Assembly (NCBI GenBank): GCA_965217775.1 | Contig: CBDCJH010000002.1 | Coordinates: 1,280,001 to 1,344,000, forward strand | DNA: 64,000 bases | Direction of reading: 5' to 3' | Origin: Acidobacteriota bacterium | GTDB lineage: Bacteria > Acidobacteriota > UBA6911 > RPQK01 > JAJDTT01 | Shown here: piece by piece, positions 8,905 through 19,400 of the stretch | Position numbering within the stretch: position 1 is the stretch's first letter | Layout: every line of letters starts with the position of its first letter | Notes under the pieces: generated by a model | What the model saw: only the letters and a program-made list of their open reading frames with translations | Databases searched by the model: none | Told to the model about the DNA's origin: nothing | Made by a program: the position numbers and the translations under genes

Positions 8905-9816
8905 CTACGCGTTGGGCCACTGCCTCATGTCCAGAAGCCGCAGGGGAAGCTCGGGAACCGCCCGGTCGATCCGCTCCATGGTTTCGCGGCTCAACATCCC
9001 CCTGCCGATCCATCCCAGGTTGTCCTCCAGCTGTGCCAGGGTCTCCAGGCCGGTCAGCACCCCGAGGACACCCGGAAGGGACGCGACATAGCGAAGGGCC
9101 AGGGAGGCCAAGCCCTGGTTCCCCGCGATTCGGTCCAACTCGCGGCGGACGGGATGCAGTTCCTGAAGAAAATCGGGCAGGTCGTCGTCGGACAGTCCCA
9201 GCACACCCTGCAGATAAACGCTGCGGACGAACACGGCGATTCCCCGTCGCTGCGCCCGGGTCGGAATCCCGCATCGAAGGAAGCGCCGGTCCAGGATGTT
9301 GGTGGGAAGCTGGATCGCTTCGATGCCCTCCAGGGACAGCGCCTCCAACGCCTGTTCCGGTTCGTAGACCGAAACCCCCACGTGTTCGACGTAACCCTTC
9401 TCCTTGAGAGCCAGTGCGGCGTCCAGGTAGGGCAGGTCGTCGTAGCGGTGAAACAGGCAGAGGGGCAACCGGTCAAGTCCCAGGTTGCGGAGGGCCCGGA
9501 CGATGCCCCGTTCCAGAAACCGGTCGGGATGTTCGTCCCCGGATTGATGAACCCAGGGGAATTTGGTGATCACGAAGGCCCGGTCCCGCAATCCCAGGTC
9601 CTTCAGGGCCCGGCCCAGGACCACCTCCGACTCGCCGTACAATGCAGCCGTATCCAAGGCATTCACGCCCCCCTCGAAGGCCCGTTCCAAGATCTTCAGG
9701 ACGGCCTGGTAGGAAGGCTGGCCCACTTGGTTGGCGATGCCGTAGTCGAAGCCGAACTGGGCGGTTCCCAAGACCAGTTGGGAGAGAGTATGTCCGTGAA
9801 AATCGACCGTCTTCAT
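8905..9816 (-). CDS. Aldo/keto reductase
   Basis: Start MKTVDF at 9816; LVLGTAQFG..YG, LDTAALYGESE, GVSVY, RSVYLQG. Confidence 0.9.
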   Translation of the reverse strand: MKTVDFHGHTLSQLVLGTAQFGFDYGIANQVGQPSYQAVLKILERAFEGGVNALDTAALYGESEVVLGRALKDLGLRDRAFVITKFPWVHQSGDEHPDRFLERGIVRALRNLGLDRLPLCLFHRYDDLPYLDAALALKEKGYVEHVGVSVYEPEQALEALSLEGIEAIQLPTNILDRRFLRCGIPTRAQRRGIAVFVRSVYLQGVLGLSDDDLPDFLQELHPVRRELDRIAGNQGLASLALRYVASLPGVLGVLTGLETLAQLEDNLGWIGRGMLSRETMERIDRAVPELPLRLLDMRQWPNA

Positions 9817-9830
9817 GGCGCCGGGTTTAG

Positions 9831-11318
9831 TCACATTTCCTTCTGCTGCGTCTGAATGGTCAAGCCCTCCAGCCGTGGGAGGGGAATTCGAGTCGTGAAA
9901 AGGCTCAGGAGGTATCCCGAGACCAGTGTGACGACACTGCCCAGCGGGGCGTACCAGAGGAAGCTCATGGAGGTCCACTGGGCCGCCGAGGTGACTGCCA
10001 CGAACCCCGCCGCGGCCCCGATCAAGGCGCCGGCGGGCGTGGCTCGGGTCGTGAGCACGCCCAACATGAAGATGCCCAACATGCTTCCGGTGAAGAAACC
10101 GGCCAGGGTCTTGGATGCCGACAGAATGTTCGGGAAATTCCCGATGTAAAGGGCGAAAAAGGTCGCCACGCCGCCCCAGAACACGGTGAAGAGGCGGGAC
10201 AGGTTCAGGTAGGTCCTCTCCTCGGCCTCCGGCCACACGTAGCGCTGGTAGAGATCCTTCATGGTGGACGTAGACAGCGAGTTGATGGCCGAGTCGATGG
10301 TGGACATGGCGGCCGCGAACATGGCCGCGATGAAGATTCCCGAGATCCCTGCCGGGAGTTCGTGGACGACGAAATGGGGAAGCACGGCGTCCCCCTTGAG
10401 TCCTTCGGCCAAGCGGTCCGGAAACTGTTGGTAGAAGACGTAGAGGGCGCCCCCCACGAAGAGGAGCAGCGCTACTGCGGGCACCACCATGACTGCGTTC
10501 AAGAGCATGGAATTCCGGCCCGCCCGAAGGGTCGGCGTGGTCAGGTACCGCTGAAGCGTCATCTGGTCCGCGCCGTACATGGAGAGATGGATGAAGAATC
10601 CGTTGACGAGGACGGCCCACAGGGTCACCTCTGCCCAGGTCCCCCAACCGAGCTCGACCCGGAAAGGTCCCCCGTCGGAGGCCGCGGCCACGATTTCGCC
10701 CACTCCTCCCTCGACCCGCAAGGCCAGGATTACGGTCACCAGGATGAGTCCCCCGAACAGGACCGTGGCCTGGACCACGTCGGTCCAGATGACCGCCTTC
10801 ATCCCACCCAGCAAGGTGTAAAGGGTCGCCAATCCGCCGACGATGAATATGGTCCATTTCAACTCGAGTCCGGTGACTGTGGAGAGGACCAGGGAGGGCG
10901 CATAGATGACCACGGCCAGGTAGCTTCCCCGCAACAACAGGAAGAGCAGGCTGGAAGCCAGGCGGACCGATGAATTGAAGCGCCGTTCCAGATACTCGTA
11001 GGCGGTGAAGACACGAAGCCGGTGGTAGAAGGGCAGGAACACCCAGATGACGATGGGGGTGCAGATGGGAATGGTCACGAAGGTCAGGCCCAGGGTCAGA
11101 TCGTTCTCGTAGACCCAGCCGGGGCTGCCCAGCAGGCTGATGGCGGAGAACAGGGTGGCGAAGATCGAGATCCCGACCGCGACCCAGGGCATTCTCCGGC
11201 CCGCCAGGAAGTAGTCTTCGGTGTTGTGCTGACCGCGGAAAAAGAAGGACCCCATCCCTACGACCAGGGCGATGTAGAAGATGAGGACGGCGTTGTCGAG
11301 AGCTGTGAATCCCTGCAA
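9831..11318 (-). CDS. Sodium:solute symporter
   Basis: DYFLAGRRMPW, TAYEYLERRF, GGMKAVIWTD, DQMTLQRY, AAAMSTIDS. Confidence 0.92.
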   Translation of the reverse strand: MQGFTALDNAVLIFYIALVVGMGSFFFRGQHNTEDYFLAGRRMPWVAVGISIFATLFSAISLLGSPGWVYENDLTLGLTFVTIPICTPIVIWVFLPFYHRLRVFTAYEYLERRFNSSVRLASSLLFLLLRGSYLAVVIYAPSLVLSTVTGLELKWTIFIVGGLATLYTLLGGMKAVIWTDVVQATVLFGGLILVTVILALRVEGGVGEIVAAASDGGPFRVELGWGTWAEVTLWAVLVNGFFIHLSMYGADQMTLQRYLTTPTLRAGRNSMLLNAVMVVPAVALLLFVGGALYVFYQQFPDRLAEGLKGDAVLPHFVVHELPAGISGIFIAAMFAAAMSTIDSAINSLSTSTMKDLYQRYVWPEAEERTYLNLSRLFTVFWGGVATFFALYIGNFPNILSASKTLAGFFTGSMLGIFMLGVLTTRATPAGALIGAAAGFVAVTSAAQWTSMSFLWYAPLGSVVTLVSGYLLSLFTTRIPLPRLEGLTIQTQQKEM

Positions 11319-11613
11319 TCAGACCTCGAGCCTGCGGTTCCCGACCCGGAAAGGCGAAAGGTCGCCAGGTTCCGGATCAGCAGGCAAATCGTCAACCGGC
11401 CGGACAACCCGGATCGGCTGAACGAAGCTGAACATAAAGAGCGTCCCGTAGGCTGTCAAGAATGGCGGAATCAAGCGTCAGCGGGGCCGGACACGGGAAT
11501 GGGAGTTTTTCAACCCGCGAATCCGGCGGGTGCGGAGGACTCAAGTGCCGCCCTTCATTCGGGTTCGGACGCTCGAATCGGCACTTCCAGGTTCTTGACC
11601 CATTGCCGGGCCT

Positions 11614-12675
11614 GTGATTGACTCGCAGACCGCCTGCCGAGCCTTGGAAGGAAGGTACGCATTGATCGGTCCTCTTGATCCCCGACCCGTTGCGGCATCC
11701 GAATCCCCTGACCGGCCCGTCGATTCCGAGCTGACCTGGGACTACCTGAACCTGGGCCAGTACCGGAGGCGGCTGGCCACGGGCATGCCCCCCTTGCTCA
11801 TCTCCTGCGCCACGACGGGAGGTCATCAGAAGACAGAAAATCCGGGCGTTCCCGTCACCGCCGGGGAACAGGCCGAGACCGCGCCGCAGGTGGCCGCCGC
11901 CGGGGCCCAGATCATTCATATCCACGGCCGCGACCCCGACGATCCCACGCGGGAGACCGACCGGGCCGAACGGTACCTGCAGATCAATGCCCGGATCCGG
12001 GCCCAGGAGCCGGACATCATCATCGACAACACGCAGGCGGTCGCGCCCATCGAGTCCACGGACGACGAACTGGGCGGGACGGTCTACCGTTACGAATCGC
12101 TGCCCCTGGAGGCCCGTCCCGAGATCATGGCCCTCAATCCGGGCCCCATGACCTTTCGGGGGAACGAAAGTTCTCCCAGCGTCGTCCTGGCGACCACCTT
12201 CGACCACACCGAGCGGGCGGCCCATGCTCTCCGGGAGCGGGGCATCAAACCTCAGGTCTTTCTCTACCATCCGGGTCACCTGGATCTGCTGGAGTATCTG
12301 ATCGTCCGCGACGCACTGGACGAGCCCTACTTCGTCCAACTGGTCTTCGGGCAGCAGAGTGGCATCGGGACGAGTCCCGACAACGTCCTCTCCATGGTCC
12401 GGAACCTTCCGCCGGGCTGCATCTTCCAGACCTGCGCCCTGGGACTGGAGGCGATCCAGGTCAATACCCTGGCCATCCTCCTGGGAGGCCACGTACGCAC
12501 CGGCATGGAGGACTGCATCGACTATCAGCGGGATGAACCGGCCCTCGACAACGCCCAACTGGTCCGGCGGGTGGCGCGTATCGCCAAGGACCTGGGGCGC
12601 CGGGTGGCCACGATTCAGGAAGCCCGCCGGATGTTGGGACTGGGGGCTCCCAGCCAATACCGTTCGTCAACTTGA
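11614..12675 (+). CDS. Beta-keto acid cleavage enzyme (BKACE/DUF849, Kce-like)
   Basis: LISCATTG, PVT..EQ, AGAQIIHIHGRD, GGHVRTGMED, NAQLV, EARRMLGL. Start uncertain. Confidence 0.88.
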   Translation: MIDSQTACRALEGRYALIGPLDPRPVAASESPDRPVDSELTWDYLNLGQYRRRLATGMPPLLISCATTGGHQKTENPGVPVTAGEQAETAPQVAAAGAQIIHIHGRDPDDPTRETDRAERYLQINARIRAQEPDIIIDNTQAVAPIESTDDELGGTVYRYESLPLEARPEIMALNPGPMTFRGNESSPSVVLATTFDHTERAAHALRERGIKPQVFLYHPGHLDLLEYLIVRDALDEPYFVQLVFGQQSGIGTSPDNVLSMVRNLPPGCIFQTCALGLEAIQVNTLAILLGGHVRTGMEDCIDYQRDEPALDNAQLVRRVARIAKDLGRRVATIQEARRMLGLGAPSQYRSST

Positions 12676-12689
12676 GGTAGGTGGCTCTC

Positions 12690-13916
12690 ATGTCCGACCC
12701 TTTGCTTATCCGCAATGCCCGGATCGTCGACGTCTCCAACGGAGCGATAGAAGCGGGCCGCTCGGTTCTGGTTCGCCGAGACCGGATCGAGGCGGTCGGC
12801 CGGTTCCCCGGCTGGAGCGGGGCGTCGCTGGACGCCGCCGGTAGTTATCTCTGTCCCGGCCTCATCGACTGCCACGTCCACTTCTTTTTGGACGCGGGCC
12901 CCGATCCGAGAGGGTCTTATATCAGCAGCGACGACTCGGGCCGGATGGCAACGGCGCGGAAGAATGCCCGGCTGGCGATCCAGGCCGGCATCACCACCAT
13001 GCGCGATTGCGCCGCGCCGGGACACCTCATGGTCCGGTTCCAGCGCCAAGTGGATGCGGGCGACGTTCCGGGCCCGCACATCATCAGCTGCGGCTACGCG
13101 CTCATGCGCCCCAAGGGGCACTGTTATTTTCTGGGCGGCGAGGTGGCCACGGTCCGGGATTTGCGCGAAAGAATCGAGTGGAACCTGAGCCACGGGGCGG
13201 GATTCGTGAAGCTCATGGCCTCGGGAGGCGGCCTCACGCCGGGAACCATCCCCCACGAGGCGGATCTGCCGGTGGAGATCATGAAGGCGGCGGTTCGGGA
13301 GGCTCACGCCAACGGGGTCCGGATCACGGCGCATTGCCATGCCACCGACAGCATCCGCCGGGGCATCGAGGTGGGGCTGGACATGATCGAGCACGCCAGC
13401 TTCGTGGAGTCGCCGGGACGATACCGGTATGACGAGGAGCTGACGCGGCAGATTCGGGACGCGGGAATCATCGTGAGCCCGACCGTCTACTCGGCATTGC
13501 AGACCGCGCGGCGCTTCCGGGCAGCGGGGGCAGCCCACAACCCGGGCGACGTGGCCGCGGTCGAGCGTCTGGAGGGGCGGTTGATCAACACGGGACATTT
13601 CCGCCGCCTGGGGATGAAGATCATCGGGGGAACCGATTGCGGCGCCACCAACACGCCGTTTGACAGCCTCGTGGACGAACTCGACAGCTACACCGAAGCC
13701 GGCCTCACCCGGACCGAGGCGCTCCGGTCCGTCACCGACATGGGCGCGTATTATCTCGGCCTTTCCCAAATCGGCCAGGTCAGACCCGGACACCGGGCCG
13801 ACCTGACGTTGCTGGAAGGAAACCCCCTGGAGGATCTGGAAGTGCTGCGGCAGCCTCTCAAGGTCTACAAGTCGGGGAGACTCGTCCACGAACGGAACGG
13901 CGGAGACGCGGTCTGA
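12690..13916 (+). CDS. Metal-dependent amidohydrolase
   Basis: PGLIDCHVH, GITTMRD, VKLMASGG, TAHCH, IEH, GGTDCG, GHRADL. Confidence 0.9.
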   Translation: MSDPLLIRNARIVDVSNGAIEAGRSVLVRRDRIEAVGRFPGWSGASLDAAGSYLCPGLIDCHVHFFLDAGPDPRGSYISSDDSGRMATARKNARLAIQAGITTMRDCAAPGHLMVRFQRQVDAGDVPGPHIISCGYALMRPKGHCYFLGGEVATVRDLRERIEWNLSHGAGFVKLMASGGGLTPGTIPHEADLPVEIMKAAVREAHANGVRITAHCHATDSIRRGIEVGLDMIEHASFVESPGRYRYDEELTRQIRDAGIIVSPTVYSALQTARRFRAAGAAHNPGDVAAVERLEGRLINTGHFRRLGMKIIGGTDCGATNTPFDSLVDELDSYTEAGLTRTEALRSVTDMGAYYLGLSQIGQVRPGHRADLTLLEGNPLEDLEVLRQPLKVYKSGRLVHERNGGDAV

Positions 13917-14986
13917 TGGATGGGGTGGGGAACTCCACTCTCCACGTCGTCGAGCTCCGCGGAAACAGCCGGCAGCGAGGGCTCCAGCACGGCCGCCAGT
14001 TGAGGGATCCGATCCAGGCGGCGGTGGACTTCTATCGTCACTTCTTCCGGGAACATCTGGGAATGAGCGCCGAGGGCATGGCCCGCCGCGCCTCGGCCTT
14101 TCTGGAACCAACGGCACAGCTCAATCCGCTCCTGATGGATGAATACGAGGGCATCGCCGAAGGGTCCGGCCAACGGCTGGAGGACATCCTGGCCTTGACG
14201 GCGCGTTACGAGATCACCTTCGAGCAGGTCGCCCTGGGGGACTGTTCCAATCTGTTCGTGGGTCCGGGACGTTCGCAGAACGGGAACACGCTGCTGGGAC
14301 AGAGCTGGGACTGGCGGCCCGAGGTGATGGACTTCCGGGCCGTCCTGATCTCCCGTTGCGACGACCAGCCGGATCACGTCATGGTGACCGAGTGCGGTCA
14401 GCCCGGAAAGTACGGCTTCAACCAGGAGGGACTCGGGGTTGTGTCGGCCGGTCTACGCTGCCGGGAGAAGGCTGCCACGGGCCGGCAGCTCTTCACGGTA
14501 CTGGGAAGAACTATCCTGGCCCAGGCGGGCTTCGACCAGGCCTGCCGGGTCCTGGAGGAGAATGCGCCGCTCGCGACGGTCAACGTCCTGGTGGCCGACG
14601 AGCAGGGCAGGGCAGCGGATTTCGAGGCGGCACCGGGAGGCATCTGCCGTCATGATCTGGGGCGGGACGAGGTCTACTGGCACACGAATCATTGCCGGCA
14701 CGTCCCGGAGCCCAACCACTTCGAGAACAGCCGCGTTCGTGGTCTGCGCTGGGAGAGACTGACCGGGACTCAAGACCCCGTGGGATCCGAGACCGTCCAG
14801 GGTTGGCTGGCCGATCGAAGCGACGGAGGGAACTCCATCAGCCAGCATGCCGATCCCGCCCAGGCCCACACCGCCAGTTGGCTCCAGACCCTCTGCTCCG
14901 TCGCCCTGGACCTGAACCAGCGTCGGCTCTGGGTCAGCGACGGCCCCGCCTCAATGAGTTCCTACCGGGAGATCGGGTTAATTTGA
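13916..14986 (+). CDS. C45 family autoproteolytic peptidase/acyltransferase (Ntn hydrolase)
   Basis: RGLQHG, EYEGIAEG, nucleophile site DCS, LLGQSWDW, GFNQEGL, HTNH. Overlaps the upstream stop (TGATG). Confidence 0.85.
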   Translation: MDGVGNSTLHVVELRGNSRQRGLQHGRQLRDPIQAAVDFYRHFFREHLGMSAEGMARRASAFLEPTAQLNPLLMDEYEGIAEGSGQRLEDILALTARYEITFEQVALGDCSNLFVGPGRSQNGNTLLGQSWDWRPEVMDFRAVLISRCDDQPDHVMVTECGQPGKYGFNQEGLGVVSAGLRCREKAATGRQLFTVLGRTILAQAGFDQACRVLEENAPLATVNVLVADEQGRAADFEAAPGGICRHDLGRDEVYWHTNHCRHVPEPNHFENSRVRGLRWERLTGTQDPVGSETVQGWLADRSDGGNSISQHADPAQAHTASWLQTLCSVALDLNQRRLWVSDGPASMSSYREIGLI

Positions 14987-15102
14987 GGGTGTACTGCCGA
15001 CTCCCGCAATTTGCCCGTGAGATCTTTGGGCCATGCTGGCCAATTTGTAGGAACTACACGCGGAATCACGTTAAAATACGTGGCAAATAACGAGGTATTC
15101 GA

Positions 15103-15453
15103 ATGGTATTCCAGGATTTCGTGGAAGATCAAGTGTTTTCTCCGACTCTCATCGCGGCCACGCTTCGGACGACGAAGACCGAAATTGCGGGTACGTTGGG
15201 CCTTGGAAAGGACGCCTTCTCCCGTAAATCGCGGATCCGTGCACGAAAGACCCAGGTTCGTTTGCGTCAGATGCTGGAGATTCTGAACCGGGTCGAGGCG
15301 GAGACCGGCTCCACTCTCGCTGCCTATGCCTGGTTCCGCGCCGAACCGCTGCCGGGCTTCGGCGGCGCCACGCCGGATCTGTTGCTGCGGGAAGGCAAGG
15401 CCGATCATGTCCATGCCTATCTTGATCGGATCATGGCGGGGGGATATGCCTGA
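15103..15453 (+). CDS. Xre/MbcA/ParS-type antitoxin
   Basis: HTH-like N-terminus; AYAWFRAEPLPGFGGATP..L..G..V.AYLDRI..G.YA. Upstream of a RES gene. Confidence 0.85.
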   Translation: MVFQDFVEDQVFSPTLIAATLRTTKTEIAGTLGLGKDAFSRKSRIRARKTQVRLRQMLEILNRVEAETGSTLAAYAWFRAEPLPGFGGATPDLLLREGKADHVHAYLDRIMAGGYA

Positions 15454-15468
15454 TTCCATCCTCATGTA

Positions 15469-15978
15469 ATGCGATTTCGAGGAGTGGTTTACCGGGCGCA
15501 CAATCCCCAATGGTCCTGGAAGTCGCTCTCCGGCGAAGGAGCACGCCGCCACGGGGGACGATTCAACCGGCGCGGCGTTCCCACCCTCTATACTTCGCTT
15601 TCACCTCTGACTGCCATACGGGAGGCGCAGCCATTGGGCCGGCGCATGCAACCATTGACGCTCTGCGCCTACGAGGTCGATGTCGAGCCGGTATTCGATT
15701 CACTGGATGGGGCCCGAAGGGCCGCGCTTCAGGTGCACGATCACGAACTTGTGTGCCGTTCGTGGGAGGCTGAAATGCTCGAAGGTTCGCTGCCGTCCTC
15801 GCAAGCTCTGGCTGATCGCCTAATTTCCGCGGGCTATGTTGGGATGCTGGGCCGGAGCTTCGCCGTGGGGGCCGAGCCTGAGGATACCAATCTTGTACTC
15901 TGGAAATGGAGTTCCCAACGGCCGGGCCGTGTCATTCTGATCGACGATGAACGTCGTCTTTCGAGCGGCTCGCGTTGA
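15469..15978 (+). CDS. RES domain toxin
   Basis: VYRAHNP, SGEGA..GGRFN, LYTS…AIRE, RSFA, NLVLW. Confidence 0.88.
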   Translation: MRFRGVVYRAHNPQWSWKSLSGEGARRHGGRFNRRGVPTLYTSLSPLTAIREAQPLGRRMQPLTLCAYEVDVEPVFDSLDGARRAALQVHDHELVCRSWEAEMLEGSLPSSQALADRLISAGYVGMLGRSFAVGAEPEDTNLVLWKWSSQRPGRVILIDDERRLSSGSR

Positions 15979-16003
15979 AGAGGTTCGGGTCGACAAAAGT
16001 CAT
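15977..16003 (-). pseudogene. 5' remnant of a PIN/VapC toxin gene
   Basis: ATG overlaps the antitoxin stop (ATGA at 16003-16000) and reads MTFVDPNLF, like the PIN N-terminus (MIFVDTNVF), then runs into the convergent RES gene and stops. Confidence 0.5.
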
Positions 16004-16272
16004 GGTCCGTTGAGACCGCGGACCTTGGATTCCTCGATCATCCGTTTGTGTTCTGGCCAATCGGGCTCTTGGTTACCCTTTTCCCGGGTATCGCACTCGG
16101 CATTGAACCGTCGCAGATCCTCAAGCGCGAATGGTCCTGACCCCGTGGCGGCTGCTAGCTTCTCCTCTGCAGCTTCCCTTAGCCACGCGCTGAGGGATTT
16201 CTTCTCCCGCCGGGCTTGACGACGATAGCGGGCCATGTTCGGCTCAGTCACGACGAAATCGATTCGTGCCAT
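16000..16272 (-). CDS. Ribbon-helix-helix-type antitoxin, orphaned
   Basis: RIDFVV…ARREKKSLSAWLREAAEEKL; acidic EPDW C-terminus. Confidence 0.65.
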   Translation of the reverse strand: MARIDFVVTEPNMARYRRQARREKKSLSAWLREAAEEKLAAATGSGPFALEDLRRFNAECDTREKGNQEPDWPEHKRMIEESKVRGLNGP

Positions 16273-16453
16273 GGTTTTCCTGATTGCCTAATATACGGCA
16301 TTGGTGCTCTATAGCTGCACCAACCGATAATGGCTCCGGAACCCACCAGGCTGAAGTCCTTCCGTAGTCGATGGGCGGCCTTGGCACACAACGGAAACGG
16401 GTTTCGTAAAACTGCTATACTCGCTTCTTAAACGGGGCAGAACGTATGTCAGT

Positions 16454-19400
16454 ATGAGTGGGTTTCAGGCAAGGAACTCGTCGCGGCGAGGCGAGGCCGC
16501 CAGGTTTCCACGGGGTCGGCTTTTGGGTGGAGCCGTTTGGCTGCTGGCGTTGGTCTTGACGGTCAGCATTCCAGACCTTTTGGCCACTCAGGAAGACCCC
16601 GCACCCGATTTTGAGACCCACATTTATCCCCTCTTCGAAGCCAATTGCCTGTCCTGCCACGGAGCCTCTCAGCCACAGCGCGATCTGGATCTTCGAACCC
16701 GCGAAAGCACCCTGGAGGGCGGGAAATCCGGTCCTGCCCTGGTGCCCGGTTCACCTTTGGAGAGCTTGCTGCTGGAGAAGCTCAACTCCGGGGCCATGCC
16801 GCTGGGAGGCGATCGGTTGAGTGACGACCAGATCGATCTCGTCCGGCGCTGGATAGAAGACGGGGCGCGCCGCGTGGAACGGGAGGCGGAGACTGCTGCC
16901 GTAGTGTCCGCTGAAGTGGTCGCCGGGCACGAGACGGTGACCACCATCCTCAACGTCAAGTGCCTCCTCTGCCACGGTCGCCGCAACCAGGAGGGGGGCC
17001 TGAACCTGCAGGCTCGGGCGAGTCTGCTCAATGGAGGCGTCTCGGGACCCGCGGTCGTACCCGGAAAACCGGATGAGAGCCTGCTCATTCAACGGATAGA
17101 AAACTCCGACATGCCCCCTGTGAAGGACCAAGCCAGGCTCTCGGTGCGCGCGGTGACTTCCGCGGAGTTGGAACGGCTGCGCGCCTGGATCTCCGCCGGC
17201 GCGCCCTACGATGAGAGGAAGCCGGTGCCGATGGTCGCTTCCGAGGACCCGGTCGTCAGCGCCTCGGACCGCATTTTCTGGTCGTTCCGCACGCCGGTTC
17301 GGCCTCCGGTCCCGAAGGTCCGACATCAGGATCGAGTTCGCACTCCCAGCGACGCCTTCCTGCTGGAGAAGCTGGAAGAGGAGGGCCACACGTTTTCTCC
17401 GGATGCTCCACCGTTGACCCTGATGCGGCGGGCCTACTTCGACGTGACGGGTCTGCCCCCGACGCCCGAAGCGGTCCAGGCTTACGAGGGCACGCCGGAA
17501 GCCTACGAAAAGTTGGTGGATGACCTCCTGGATTCTCCGGGATACGGCGAACATTGGGGCCGACGCTGGTTGGACGCCGCCGGTTATTCCGACTCGGAGG
17601 GACAGGTGTCGGCCGACGCGATCCGTCCCAACGCCTGGCGCTACCGCGATTACGTCATTCGCTCTCTCAACGCCGATAAACCTTACGACCAGTTCCTGCT
17701 GGAGCAGATCGCCGGCGACGAGCTGTTCGACTACAAGGCCGCGGAAGAGGTGACTCCCGCCCAGCGCGAGCTGCTGGTGGCGACGGGATTCATGCGCATG
17801 GGCCCGGACGGGACCTACAGCGTGTCGCAAGCCTTCGTTCCCGAGCGCCTGGAGGTGGTGGCGAGCCAAATCGAGATCCTCAGCTCCTCGGTGATGGGGA
17901 TCACCATGGCTTGCGCCCGCTGTCACGATCACAAGTACGATCCCATTCCCCAGCGCGACTACTATCGTTTCAGCGCCATCCTGCGCACGGCTTACGACCC
18001 TTACGATTGGCTCTCTCCCAGCGAGACTCCGGTGGGTCCGGAGGCGGACTGGAACGACACCAACATGCGCGTGCTGGTGGGAGCACCCGCGGAGGAGGTC
18101 CGGGAAGTCGAAGCGGCCAACGCTCCCGTTCTGCGTGAGGTCGAGGAAATCGAGCAGGCCTTCGAGGAGAAGGCGAAAGTCCTGCGTGAGACGCTCTTGA
18201 AGGAGAAGAGGGCCGCAATCCCGGAATTGATCCGGGAGGAGGTGATCGCGGCGGAACAGACACCCGTTCCGGAACGGACTCCAGTCCAGGAATATCTGGT
18301 AAAGCGTTTCCAGGACCAGTTGCGAATCCTCCCGGAGGAACTGGAGAAGCGGTTCCCACCCTTCCAGAAGGCGGCCAAGGAGAAATTGGAAGCCGTCAGC
18401 ATGATCAAGAAACGGCTCAAGGGGAACCCCCGGCTCCGAGCCCTCTTCGACATGGGCGGCCGGCCCACGGCGGTTCACGTCCTGGGCCGGGGGCAACACC
18501 AGAATCCATTGGAGCCTGTTGCTCCGGGAATCCCATCCGTTCTGGACGTGGGCCTTGAGCCCTATCGGCTGGAAAAGCCGAAGTGGACGACCGACACCAG
18601 CGGGCGCCGCTTGGCGTTGGCCAAATGGCTCGTCCAACCCCGGCACCCGCTCACCGCGCGGGTTCTGGTCAATCGCATCTGGCAGTACTATTTCGGCTCC
18701 GGTCTGGTGAAGACGGTGGGGAACTTTGGCCGGACCGGCTCCCCTCCATCGCATCCCGAGCTCCTCGACTGGCTGGCCACGGAGTTCGTCCGGAGCGGAT
18801 GGAGCATGAAGGCGCTGCACCGGATGATCCTGACCTCCACGGCGTACCGTCAGAGTTCCCGGCGGAATCCGGGGATCGACGGTGACCCCGACAACCGTCT
18901 GCTTTCCTACTTTCCCATGCGCCGGCTGGACGCCGACGCCGTCCGCGACTCCATCCTGAAGGTGTCCGGGCGGCTGGACGCGACACCGTTCGGACCTCCC
19001 GATCCCATCGAGGAGAAGCCGGACGGAGAAGTGGTGGCCAAGGAATCGAAGCAGGGGTACCGGAGGAGCATCTATCTGATGCAACGGCGTTCGACCCCGG
19101 TCACCATGCTGGACACCTTCGACGCCCCCCAGTTGCGGCCCAACTGCCTGGTGCGGAATCGTTCGACCGTCTCGTCTCAAGCCCTGCAGTTGATGAACAG
19201 CGAGACGGTCCGGGCCAGTTCCCGTTTCATGGCGGGAAGGGTGATCGATTCCGTCGGCCGGGATCCGGAGGCGCAGGTGGAGAGAGTCTATCTGGCAGCT
19301 ATGGGCCGTCCACCGTCGGCAGAAGAACTGGATTGGAGCAAGTCGACGCTGGCGGACATGACCGAGGAGTGGGAACGGCATCTGGACCAGGACCGGTCAC

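Noticed and set aside
9817-10857. Long N-terminal extension of the aldo/keto reductase (650-aa ORF)
   Set aside because: Alternate frame of the upstream symporter; the AKR begins at 9816.
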